Source: Eledone cirrhosa
Lineage: Eukaryota
Direction of reading: 5' to 3'
DNA: 64,000 nt
Assembly (NCBI GenBank): GCA_964016885.1
Contig: OZ024741.1
Coordinates: 35,774,001-35,838,000 of the forward strand
The notes beneath the pieces are model-generated. The model did not search any database. It was not told where the DNA came from and saw nothing but the letters and a program-made list of their open reading frames with translations. Position 1 is the first letter of the stretch. Each line of letters begins with the position of its first letter. Shown piece after piece: positions 39,698 through 51,476 of this stretch. Position numbers and translations under genes: made by a program.

Positions 39698-40813
39698 CAT
39701 CATCATCATCATATCACCGTTTTACGTCCGTTCTTCCACGCTAGCATGGGTTAGACGGGTTGTCCTGTTGTGGGCAATGTCTGGTCGGCTGACCATGCCT
39801 TGCTCATACAGGAATTGATTCTGGCTTGATTTCTACAGCTGGATGCCCTTCCTAACACCAACCTCATTTACAGTGAGTGCTGGGTGCTTTTTCGTGGCGC
39901 TAACATGTCCACTTTACAGTGTGGGCTGGGTGCTTTTTTGCCGTGGCACCTCCATGACCACCTTGCAGTGGGAGGGTGTGGGGAGCATATTGTCTATATG
40001 CTTCAGCTTGTACCCATGGGAGGTCGGGTACTCTGTATTACTGCGTTACGCCAGAAGTCACGGTCGTGTGTCATTGTCTTTGAGAGGTGTAGTTGGGTAA
40101 GGTCGGCTTTTATCACCTCATCCCAAGTCATCTTGGGTCTGCCCACTCCGCGGTTTCCATCAACTTCTAGTGCTCTGCACCTTTTTATGCAGCTGTCATC
40201 CTTCATACGCATCACATGTCCATACCAGCGTAACCGCCTCTCCTGCACGCAGCATTTGATTCCTCTTATGCTCAGTCTCTCTCTCAATTCCTTTATGCTT
40301 TGTCGTTCACGTATATTACTGTTACACATCCATCGGAGCATGCAGGCTTCGTTTCTCTCTAATCTACGTAAGTCTTCCACCTTCAGCGCCCAGGTCTCAC
40401 TACCATGCAACATCGCTGTTCGGATACACGCATCATACAGTCTGCCTTTCATTCTGAGGGAGAAGCCTTTTGCAGCTAGCAGTGGTGGTAGTTCCCTAAA
40501 CTTCTTCCATCCCGTTCTTACCCTAGTTATTGTACTTTCTGAGCACCCACCTCCGTTGCTAATTCGGTCACCTAGGTAGCAGAAGCTGTCTACTGTTTCT
40601 ACAGGGCCCTCCCAGAGATTGGTGGTACTTGTTTCCTGTGGCTGTTTGCTTGCTGTTTCAGCACAGCTGCTGCATGTGAATCCTACATTCTTAATTAAGC
40701 TTCCTGAGATCCCGCTACATCTCTTGTGTACCCATTGTTTGCATTTGGGGCAGAGAATGGAGTTCCTACCTACACCTTTCCTACATACTGAGGAAGGCCA
40801 TTTCCCTGAGGGA
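39698..40813 (-). mobile_element. 5'-truncated RTE LINE copy, inverted relative to the adjacent long element
   Basis: Reverse complement of ~43445-44559 with few substitutions. Retains RTGWKK, i.e. an intact Trp codon. Confidence 0.95.
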
Positions 40814-40869
40814 ATATACATACACATATATATATACATACACATATATATATATACATACACATATAT

Positions 40870-43800
40870 AAATTTTCGAGGGTTTCTCTTAGTAGTTTTT
40901 CATGACGTTATTATTGTTAATTTTACTGATGTAGTATTAACTTGGATATTTACCATGCGACCCTCAGTTCCTACCTCACAATTTCCCTCCCCCCCACCCC
41001 CACACACCACCATAGTCTATTCGACCAATCAAACCTAGCATGCCATTTCCACTGCTGCTGCTACTACCTGCCTAACTAACTCTCTCCTCCTCTGGCGCAT
41101 CCCAACACACCCTGCCATTACCCCACCACCACTGTTCTTCTAGCCCTCAATTTTCCCACCGTTATGGATGGATGAGCTGGGAATACACGAGCAACTCTGA
41201 ATCAATAGATGAAATATGAATCTGCGAGCTACCAAGCACCCACGTGAAGCGCCAACCCAGAGACCCTCCCCTACGAGTGTCGACAAATGCCCAAAACTCC
41301 GAGTTGGTACCATCAATGTAGGCTCAATGAAAGGAAGAGCAGGAGAAATCGTAGAAATGCTAGAGCGAAAGGAAGTTGATGTATGCTGTGTGCAAGAGAC
41401 TAGATGGAGAGGAGGGTCTGCTAGAGTCCTTGTAGGAAAAAGCCAGTGCTACAAATTTTTCTGGGTGGGAAATGACGATGGGATGGGTGGTGTAGGTATA
41501 CTATTAGCTGACAAGTGGGTAGATAAAGTAATCTCAGTGTACAGGGTAAATGCAAGAATCATTAAACTCAGACTAGTCCTGAATAAGACAATTACCACAA
41601 TAATATCAGCTTACGCACCCCAATCGGGGCTGCCAGACGAACTTAAGGATAGGTTTTACGAGTCCCTAATACACACTACTGCTCTAACAGACGACAAGGA
41701 CTTCCTAATCATTGCAGGAGATTTTAACGGACACGTAGGTAAACACTGCGACGGCTTCAATAGAGTACATGGAGGCCATGGAGTTGGCACAAGGAATGAG
41801 GAAGGATTCAGACTTCTAGAATTCTGCGACGCCAATGACATGTCGATATGTAACACAAACTTTAAAAAACCCGACAACCACCTGATCACCTATAGATCAG
41901 GGGAGCACTCTAGTCAGTTAGATTTTATCCTCATCAGAGGACGTGACAGATGGACGGTCGTAAACACAAAAGCCTTCCCTAGTGAGGAATGTACATCCCA
42001 ACATAGCTTAGTTGTCAGCGACCTCGCGGTCAGAACTAGACGAGCCCTGAAACAGAGGCCAACCTGGAGAAGAAAGATCTGGAAGCTGAAAGTCCCCTCA
42101 ACCAGTAACAGATTTAAAGATATTTTACTCAACGCCTACGACAGTAAAGAAGAACAGATAGAGACATTTAACGTAGAAGAGAACTGGGAGTTCCTAAAAA
42201 ATAACTTACTAGAGGCGACGGATGAGGTTTGTGGCTGGAGTAAGACCTCAAGCAGGAGGAGAGTGACTTGGTGGTGGAACAATAAGGTAGATGAAGCAGT
42301 CAAGGCCAAGAGACAGGCATGGAAAGAATGGAAGAACGGGGGGAGCAGGGTACATTACATAGAGACCAAGAGGGAAGCTAGGCGACAAGTATACTTAGCT
42401 AGGAGGGAAGCAGAGGATAGAAAATTCAAGCATGTTTTACAACGTGAGGACCAGAAACAGGAGGTATTCAAGATTGCGAGGCAGTGTGTCAGAGATAGTT
42501 GTGATGTCATTGGAGAGAAGTGTATCCGGAATGATAAAGGTGAGCTTGCCCTCACAAGTGCTGAGAAGAAAGATGCATGGAAGAGTCATTATGATAGATT
42601 ACTAAATGAGGAGAATGCATGGGAAGAAGAGACCCTACCCCACGTAGACCCTATAGAGGGACCAGCAGTACAAGTCAGCGGCAGCGTAGTAAGTAAGGCA
42701 ATCAGAGATATGAAGATAGGGAAGGCAACCGGTCCATCGGGTATAGCTGCCGAGATGCTGAAGGCATCTGGGTCTGTAGGTCACACTATAACCACACGTA
42801 TCGTTAACCAGGTAATACTAGAGGGGGCCATACCAAAAGATTGGTGCAGTAGCATCATTGTCAACTGCTACAAAGGTAAAGGCGATGCACTAGATAGAGG
42901 AAACTATAGAGGTATAAAGTTGATGGACCAGGTCATGAAAGTAACAGAAAGAGTTATAGCACAGCTGATTAGGGACCGGGTGAATATAGACGAGATGCAA
43001 TTTGGGTTTGTACCAGGGAAAGGCACCACTGATGCCCTCTTCCTTGTGAGGCAATTACAGGAAAAGTACCTAGCTAAAAGTAAGCCACTCTACTTGTCAT
43101 TTGTCGACCTTGAGAAAGCCTTTGACAGAGTTCCACGTGCAGTAATCTGGTGGGCTCTTAGCAATGAGTATAGCGAGGAATTTAGCGTACAGGTTGGGGT
43201 CCACCAGGGCTCTGTTCTTAGCCCTCTCCTGTTCATCATAGTCCTGCAGGCAATAACGGAGGAGTTTAAGACCGGATGCCCATGGGAACTCCTGTATGCT
43301 GATGACCTCGCACTCATAGCTGAATCTATGGTAGAACTAGAGAATAAATTCCAAACCTGGAAGCAGGGACTAGAGAGAAAGGGCCTCAAAGTCAACATGA
43401 CAAAGACTAAGGTCCTTATAAGTAGACGAGAAAACAGAACCCAGATCCCCTCAGGGAAATGGCCTTGCTCAGTATGTAGGAAAGGTGTAGGTAGGAACTC
43501 CATTCTCTGCCCCAAATGCAAACAATGGGTACACAAGAGATGTAGCGGGATCTCAGGAAGCTTAATTAAGAATGTAGGATTCACATGCAGCAGCTGTGCT
43601 GAAACAGCAAGCAAACAGCCACAGGAAACAAGTACCACCAATCTCTGGGAGGGCCCTGTAGAAACAGTAGACAGCTTCTGCTACCTAGGTGACCGAATTA
43701 GCAACGGAGGTGGGTGCTCAGAAAGTACAATAACTAGGGTAAGAACGGGATGAAAGAAGTTTAGGGAACTACTACCACTGCTAGCTGCAAAAGGCTTCTC

Positions 43801-44559
43801 CCTCAGAATGAAAGGCAGGCTGTATGATGCGTGTATCCGAACAGCGATGTTGCATGGTAGTGAGACCTGGGCGCTGAAGGTGGAAGACTTACGTAGATTA
43901 GAGAGAAACGAAGCCTGCATGCTCCGATGGATGTGTAACAGTAATATACGTGAACGACAAAGCATAAAGGAATTGAGAGAGAGACTGAGCATAAGAGGAA
44001 TCAAATGCTGCGTGCAGGAGAGGCGGTTACGCTGGTATGGACATGTGATGCGTATGAAGGATGACAGCTGCATAAAAAGGTGCAGAGCACTAGAAGTTGA
44101 TGGAAACCGCGGAGTGGGGAGACCCAAGATGACTTGGGATGAGGTGATAAAAGCCGACCTTACCCAACTACACCTCTCAAAGTCAATGACACACGACCGT
44201 GACTTCTGGCGTCACGCAGTAATACAGGGTACCCGACCTCCCATGGGTACATGCTGAAGCATATAAACAATATGCCCCCACTCCCCCCACCGCAAGGTGG
44301 TCGTGGAGGTGCCACGGCAAAAAAGCACCCAGCCCACACTGTAAAGTGGACGTGTAGGCGCCACGAAAAAGCACCCAGCACTCACTGTAAATGAGGTTGG
44401 TGTTAGGAAGGGCATCCAGCTGTAGAAATCAAGCCAGATCAGTTCCTGTATGAGCAAGGCATGGTCAGCCGACCAGACACTGCCCACAACAGGACAACCC
44501 GTCTAACCCATGCTAGCGTGGAAGAACGGACGTAAAACGGTGATGATGATGATGATGAT
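40870..44559 (+). mobile_element. Near-full-length RTE-clade LINE (APE endonuclease - RT - PHD-type finger), inactivated
   Basis: Single ORF 41216-44257. APE motifs: GTINV, CCVQETRW, SAYAPQ, IAGDFNGHVG, LDFIL, SQHSLV. RT motifs: NYRGIKL, QFGF..GKGTTDA, FVDLEKAFD, GVHQGSVLSP, LLYADD. Ends in a (GAT)n tail. TGG>TGA stop at 43751-43753 and an apparent in-frame deletion at ~43159/43160. The 5' boundary is approximate. Confidence 0.95.
41216..43753 (+). CDS. RTE ORF (endonuclease/reverse transcriptase polyprotein), 845 aa to the premature stop; frame continues to 44257
   Basis: ORF track and the motifs listed for 40870-44559. Confidence 0.9.
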   Translation: MNLRATKHPREAPTQRPSPTSVDKCPKLRVGTINVGSMKGRAGEIVEMLERKEVDVCCVQETRWRGGSARVLVGKSQCYKFFWVGNDDGMGGVGILLADKWVDKVISVYRVNARIIKLRLVLNKTITTIISAYAPQSGLPDELKDRFYESLIHTTALTDDKDFLIIAGDFNGHVGKHCDGFNRVHGGHGVGTRNEEGFRLLEFCDANDMSICNTNFKKPDNHLITYRSGEHSSQLDFILIRGRDRWTVVNTKAFPSEECTSQHSLVVSDLAVRTRRALKQRPTWRRKIWKLKVPSTSNRFKDILLNAYDSKEEQIETFNVEENWEFLKNNLLEATDEVCGWSKTSSRRRVTWWWNNKVDEAVKAKRQAWKEWKNGGSRVHYIETKREARRQVYLARREAEDRKFKHVLQREDQKQEVFKIARQCVRDSCDVIGEKCIRNDKGELALTSAEKKDAWKSHYDRLLNEENAWEEETLPHVDPIEGPAVQVSGSVVSKAIRDMKIGKATGPSGIAAEMLKASGSVGHTITTRIVNQVILEGAIPKDWCSSIIVNCYKGKGDALDRGNYRGIKLMDQVMKVTERVIAQLIRDRVNIDEMQFGFVPGKGTTDALFLVRQLQEKYLAKSKPLYLSFVDLEKAFDRVPRAVIWWALSNEYSEEFSVQVGVHQGSVLSPLLFIIVLQAITEEFKTGCPWELLYADDLALIAESMVELENKFQTWKQGLERKGLKVNMTKTKVLISRRENRTQIPSGKWPCSVCRKGVGRNSILCPKCKQWVHKRCSGISGSLIKNVGFTCSSCAETASKQPQETSTTNLWEGPVETVDSFCYLGDRISNGGGCSESTITRVRTG

Positions 44560-44634
44560 ATATATATACATACACATATATATATATACATACACATATA
44601 TATATATACATACACATATATATATATACATACA

Positions 44635-44666
<32 letters not shown>

Positions 44667-44667
44667 C

Positions 44668-44706
<39 letters not shown>

Positions 44707-44732
44707 CATATATATATATATACATACATATA

Positions 44733-44764
<32 letters not shown>

Positions 44765-44782
44765 CATATATATATACATATA

Positions 44783-44814
<32 letters not shown>

Positions 44815-44831
44815 CATATATATATATATAC

Positions 44832-44864
<33 letters not shown>

Positions 44865-44961
44865 CATACATATATATATATACATACATATATATATACA
44901 TACAAATATATACATACATATATATATACATACATATATATATATACATACAAATATATAC

Positions 44962-44995
<34 letters not shown>

Positions 44996-45434
44996 ACAAA
45001 CATATATATATATACATACATATATATATATACATACATATATATATATACATACATATATATATATACATACATATATATATATACATACATATATATA
45101 TATACATACATATATATATATACATACATATATATATATACATATATATATACATACATACATATATATATATACATACATATATACATACATATATATA
45201 TACATACATATATATATACATACATATATATATACATACATATATATATACATACATATATATATATACATACATATATATATATACATACATATATATA
45301 TATACATACATATATATATACATACATATATATATATACATACATATATATATATATACATATATACATATATATATATACATATATATATACATATATA
45401 TATATACATATATATATATACATATACATACATA

Positions 45435-45474
<40 letters not shown>
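44560..45474. repeat. ~0.9-kb (TA)n/(TACA)n microsatellite
   Basis: Directly visible. Source of the 320-394-aa YI/HT-repeat ORFs. Confidence 0.97.
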
Positions 45475-45475
<1 letters not shown>

Positions 45476-45772
45476 TGAAAACTCTGGTAGGTACAAACAC
45501 TACACTTGTGACAATTATTGACACAGTGCTAGGCCCATGGTACCATGTGATGACAAGTGTAGAGAGATCTCCAGATACAAAGCAATGCCTGTGCCGTGAA
45601 GCTTTTATAGTGAGCAAAGGCACTGCACAAAGCCAGTCCCACTCTCTTAACCAAGATGATATTTACCAAAAAGAAGAACAAGTCAACATCATTGGATACC
45701 ATCAAGGTTGCAGGTGTTATATCAGAGTTTTCCTTCTCCTAGAATTCTGCCTTGACAAAGGCTAAGGGGTCA

Positions 45773-45775
<3 letters not shown>
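45475..45775 (-). mobile_element. Element X copy C (internal fragment)
   Basis: Near-identical to 35812-36110. Flanked by microsatellites on both sides. Confidence 0.85.
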
Positions 45776-45810
<35 letters not shown>

Positions 45811-48468
45811 CATACATACATACATATATATACATACATACATACATATATATACATACATACATACATATATATACATACATACATACATATACATATA
45901 TACATAAATACATATATATATATACATACATACATACATATATACATACATATATATATACATACATACATATATGGAAGAAGTAAAAAAAGAAAAAAAA
46001 AAAAAAAACCCACAAACATCAAAATTCTTTAAAATGTCCTGATGTAGAAGAAATAAATACACAAAGAAGAAAAAATATCTTCAATATTTTAGAAATAGAG
46101 AAAACACATCATCTATATAGCAAATGGATTTTTCACAGAAGCTTATCTCAAGAATGTAAATTTTTGAAACAAACTAAAATCAGGAAGATGAGACACATTT
46201 AAAGATGTCTAAAGTGATATATTTTCTTATTCCAGGATAATAAATTTATTGTTTTGTTGCTATTAATTCTTTTGCATTTTTTTCTTTTTTTACTTCTTCC
46301 TTTTAACAGACTGTGGCCAGGCTGGGGCAATGCTTTGAAAGAATTTGCTCGATTATATCAACACCCAGTACTTTTTTTTTCAAGTTTGGTCCTTATTTCA
46401 TAATCAATGGTGTTTTTGTTAAACCACTAGATTATAGGAGATAAACACAGACATATCAGGCTTCAGCACAGTTTCTGACTATCAAATTTCACTCACAAGG
46501 CATTGGTCAATCTGAGGCTATAGCAGAAGATAGTTATCCAAGCTGCTACACAGTAGGAGTTGATATGAAACCATATGGTTGCAAAGCTAATTCCTTCATG
46601 ACACAGGAATGCCTGTGCCTATATTAAATAAATATCAAGAAAATTGTGAAGAGCCATACTAATATGTGATCTGATATCTTTACATTTCAAAAGACTCTTT
46701 AAATATATATCTGGAACTCTCCAAATACAAGACATGAATTATAATTATTATAGACTATCAGAGATTCCAATAAAACCAAAACATTTCTTCACTTCTATTT
46801 TGAGATTGTAACACCATCTTGAAACTTGAAATGCTGAGAAAAATTAATTGCATATATGTACATGCACTCACACACATACATATATATATACACACATGGA
46901 TATATACATATACACACACACACACACACACATGTGAACATACATATATATGTATACAAACGTGTACATACATAATTATACACACATGTGTATGTACATA
47001 TGTATGTATTAGTATATTATATATATAGAATTGACTTCTAAAGGACTAGAATTGTTTCATCATCATCATCATCATCATCATTTATGTCCGCTTTTCCTTG
47101 CTTGTAAGAGTGGGACGGGTCCTTTTCAGCACAGCATCTCTCCATTCATCACGGTCCTTCGTCATCAGGATGATAATTTCATACGAATGAAACAGGTTTA
47201 GTCTTTGTAGAAGTCATTTCTATCTATATATATATATATTAAAGGTGCCAATACTCTACCAATGTATTGAGTCCCTTTTTTAACTGTGGTTACCCTCCCC
47301 CCAACACAACACAGGAATATATATATATCATCATCATCACCGTTTTACGTCCGTTCTTCCACGCTAGGATAGGTTAAACGGGTTGTCCTGTTGTGGACAA
47401 TGTTAGGTCGGCTGACCCTGTCTTGCTCATACAGGAACTGATTCTGGCTTGATTCTGGCATATATATACTCACACATACCCGTGCATGTACACATGCATA
47501 CATCATTAGAGTTGAAACTGGCTGTTGAACATAATGGTGTCATCCATTTCTGTTGTAAAACACTTGGACCAGGTTCCTCAGGCCATTGTTTGACTGAGTC
47601 ATTGCCTTTCTCTTCTGTTATATTTATGAGACACAGTGGAACCTCGGTTCACAAATGTCTCTCATCACAAACAAATCAGTTCATGAATAATTTTTCCAAA
47701 CATAGAATGTTTCAGTTGATAAATGGTGTCTCCAGTAATGAACATGCAAACTGGCTACACAGCTGACGACAAGCTTGGATTATCGACAGGGAAAGCATTA
47801 CTTGCTGTGTAGTTAGTTACTATAATGATATCTATCTGTCTTTCAGTCTCTCTCACTGTATTTCTCTCTCAACATTTCATATAGGGAAAAATAGTTTTGG
47901 TTTACAAACATTTCAGATGTTCAACGGCCTTCATTCCTGAAAGCCGTTGGTTTCACTGTACATTTGAACAGAGGTTTCACTGTATATTTATTTCTATTTT
48001 TACTCTTCAAATTCTGCTGAGGTCAATTTTGCCTTTCATTCTTCCAAGGCAGATAAACTATAGTACCAGTCAAGTACTTGGATCGATATAATCGCCTTTC
48101 CCCTTCCTCTGGTGTCATCGGTAGAGCGTCAGACACCATACTTTGCAGCACAGAGTTATGGCCCTTTACGTTATGAGTTCAAATCTTGCCAAGGTTAGCT
48201 TTGCCTCTCATCCTTACAGGGTCGATAAAATAAAGCACCAGTAATGCACTGGGGTTGATTTAAGTAACTTTTCTATCTCCTTCCTCTGGATTGATGGCCT
48301 TGTGCCTAAAGTAGAAACAATTATTTTGGGGTGCTAGGGTGATGGATTACCAAAATCATTAGAGCATCAGGTAAAATACTATTCTCTATTTTGTTGCAGC
48401 TCTTTACATTCCGAATTCAAATTCCACTGAGGTCAATTTTACTTTTCATCTATCTAGGGTTGATAAAA

Positions 48469-48975
48469 CCAAGCGTATACCCTCCATCAGACACCTACCG
48501 TACTCTGAATGCCTTACTTCCTTGGGCATGGATTCATTGAAGCTCCGATGTCTGGCAATGGACTTGGTAAACACCCACAAAGTTATTAACCATCCCGCCA
48601 ACAACAACCCTGAGCACCTTTTTGATCTCCATGTGTCTAACACACGTGGACATGCCTACAAAGTCAGAAAACAGCACAGCTCCCATGACTTTCGGAAACA
48701 TTTTTTCACGCTTAGAGTTGCTGAAGCATGGAACAAACTGCCTGCGTCAGTTGTTAGCTGCCGAGACACTGCATCCTTTAAAACCCTCATGCTTCCCGAA
48801 ATTCACCAAAACTACACCTGATGTCCCCCTTCCATACACATGCACACGTGTATATCATGACTCATGCACTGTTCATTTTCCTGACGTTTGTACATTACTC
48901 TATGTACTATACATACACTTTTGATGAGTTGTAGTGCACCTGAACACTGTACACAATATTTTCATTATTATTATT
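48469..48975 (+). mobile_element. CR1-type LINE 3' end inserted into a SINE B copy
   Basis: LGMDSLKLR...NTRGHAYKV......FRKHFFTLRVAEAWNKLPASVV......FK is the CR1/L2-group C-terminus, followed by an (ATT)n tail. The flanks gttgataaaa | aaaataaagtaccag rejoin the SINE. Confidence 0.85.
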
Positions 48976-49414
48976 AAAATAAAGTACCAGTAATGTAGTG
49001 AGGTCAATATAATCAACTTTCCATCCCTCCCCGCAAAGTTGTGCCTAAATTATAAATTATCATTACTGGTTGGTTGGGCAAAACCAACCAGCAGGAGTAG
49101 ACCCCAAGCAAGATGGTTGGATAACATCTATGAGCTTGGCTAGTCACGCTTGGGGATCCAGCCGGATCAGTTGGAGATGGTTTATTCTGACAGGACCCCC
49201 TGGAGGGAGTCTTTGAGGACTCTACCCCCACAACCCTCTCAGGAGGAGGTTAATTGACATCATCAGAGAATCATACTTGTGTTATTTGTTTACACTCATT
49301 TTCTTACGAGTTCAAATTCTGCCAAGGTCAACTTTGCATTTCATCTTTACAGTGTTTATAAAATAATGTACCAATCAAGTATTGAAGTTAATTTTATCAA
49401 CATTCCCTTCCCAC

Positions 49415-49643
49415 TTAACCCTTTAGCATTTAAACCGACCATATACGGCCACAATTTGCTCACCTCTTTCTGTTCAAACTGGTTGTACCTGGCTGCTCAT
49501 ACTGATGTTAAGGTATTGTACTCAAAATAAATAACATCAAAATCTCATAGATTCGATATTATGAGAGATAAGTATGTAAGGTAAAGCTTATACAGTGAAA
49601 ATATAATAGTAAATATAGAGTAACGTAAATGCTGAAGGGTTAA
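49415..49643. mobile_element. piggyBac-type MITE family 1, nested in a SINE B copy
   Basis: TTAA-ccctttagcatt ... aatgctgaaggg-TTAA. Confidence 0.85.
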
Positions 49644-50611
49644 ATTGTTGGCCATGTGCTTAGATTATGAAACAATATTACTATAATGCTAATTTCTATA
49701 AGTCTTCTTCTTCACACATTTATTCCTGAGAGGGTCATAGGTTCAGAATCCTCAGACACACCTTCCAACTGGATCACCAAGCAAGACCAACTGAGCTTAT
49801 GGATGTTACCCAGACATCTTGCTCTTTTATGTTAACTCTGGTTACAAAGTGAAAGAAAGACACAGAATTCTTGATATTCTCTGTTCATTCTGTTCTGCTA
49901 CATTTTATTGTTGATTGCTGTATTTTACATATATGTTTTTTTTTATATATATTAGAAGGAATTTTCTGTTAAGGTTTTCTCTTTGCTTTCCACTGATGAA
50001 GGCCTAACATCAGTTATTTTACTGCTGAGAATGCTAGAAACACAAGCTTGTGTCTGGAGAAGATGTACATATATTTACATTAATGAGACAGTGAATTGGC
50101 AGAGTCATTAGAACATTGGATAGAATGCTCTGTAGTACTCATTCCAGCTCTCTACACTGAGTTCAAATCTCATAAAGTCAACTTTGCCTTTTATCCTTTG
50201 AGGTTAACAGAAAAGTACCAATCTGGTACTGGAATCGATTTTTTCCTTAATATTTCTCTCATTCAGCATTCGTGGTCCCAGTTATTCATGGAATTTTCCT
50301 TAAAACTTAACTAATAATTGTTCGTCGAAACCACCGCATATTTGTGGAATCGTAAATATCTTCCGTGATATTTTTAATGGATTTTTTTGTGGCAATATAT
50401 ATTTTTTAACGCTAAATTATTAATAACAATATACCGTATTTGGTGGCCTATTGGATACCCCTTCACATAAGACGCCCCCTCTGTTTTTATTATATTTTAC
50501 ATTTATTCTGACATTTATAGGCATTTTATGGACCACGCCCAATATTCACGGGTACTCTAGGAATGTAACCCCCCCCCCCACTAATACTGGGGGACAACTG
50601 TATATATATAT

Positions 50612-51375
50612 TGGCATAAATTCTATAAAATGTACACAATGCAGATCTTGGGTACACAAGAGATGTAGTGGGATAGCAGGCAAACTCAGAGGTAGGGATA
50701 ACTACATATGCAGTAGATGTACAGGGAAATTTGACAGTAGTAATAGACACATTTTTTCCAATGCAGGTAGGATCTATAGAGGTGGTTGATAGCTTCCGGT
50801 ACCTAAGTGATCAGATTAGCAAGGGAAGAGGGTGCTCCGAGGCCATAGTATCTAGAATAAGGATGGGTTGGAAGAAGTTTAGGAAGCTGCTTCCTCTGTT
50901 GACAAAGAAAGGTTTCTCCCTGCGAACAAAAAGCCAGTTATATGATGCCTGTGAGACATGGGCAGCAAATGTAGAGGATAAGTAACGGCTGGAGAGAAAT
51001 GAAGCAAGCATGCTCCGTTGGATGTGCAATGCCAATGTGCGTGAATGACCAAGCATAGATGAGTTGAGAAAGAAACTGTGTATAAGAGGGATAAGTTATA
51101 GTGTGCGGGCGAGAAGACTGTGATGGTATGGACATGTGATGCGCATGGAGGATGACCACTGGATAAAGAAGTGCCAAGAAATCCCAGTAGAAGGAAGACA
51201 CAGTAGAGGAAGACCACGAAAAACATGAGCGGAGGTGGTGAGAGCTGATCTCAGATCGCTGAAGCTCATGGAGGAGATGACAAAGGACCATGATGAGTGG
51301 AGAGATGCTGTGCTGAATAGGACCCGTCCCACCCTTGCAGGGAGAGAAAAGCGGACGTAAAATGATGATGATGAT
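50612..51375 (+). mobile_element. Diverged 5'-truncated RTE copy (sister subfamily)
   Basis: GINSIKCTQCRSWVHKRCSG...YICSRC...EVVDSFRYLSD...MGWKKFR.LLPLL, with multiple stops, ending cggacgtaaaatgatgatgatg. Confidence 0.85.
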
Positions 51376-51476
51376 ATATATATATATGTAGAGCAAAAAT
51401 TTATTATAAGAACAGATTAAAGTTTAAGCAAAGAATCGCTGCTTTCACCCTTTATATATATATATATATATATATA

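Noticed and set aside
40870-41215. Twister or HDV ribozyme in the long RTE 5'UTR
   Set aside because: Searched by eye and found no consensus motifs.
44439-45623. 320-394-aa ORFs rich in Y/I/C/M/H/T
   Set aside because: Translations of (TA)n/(TACA)n microsatellite. The same applies to ORFs at 39078-39754, 45739-46062, 16955-17245 and 57215-57543.
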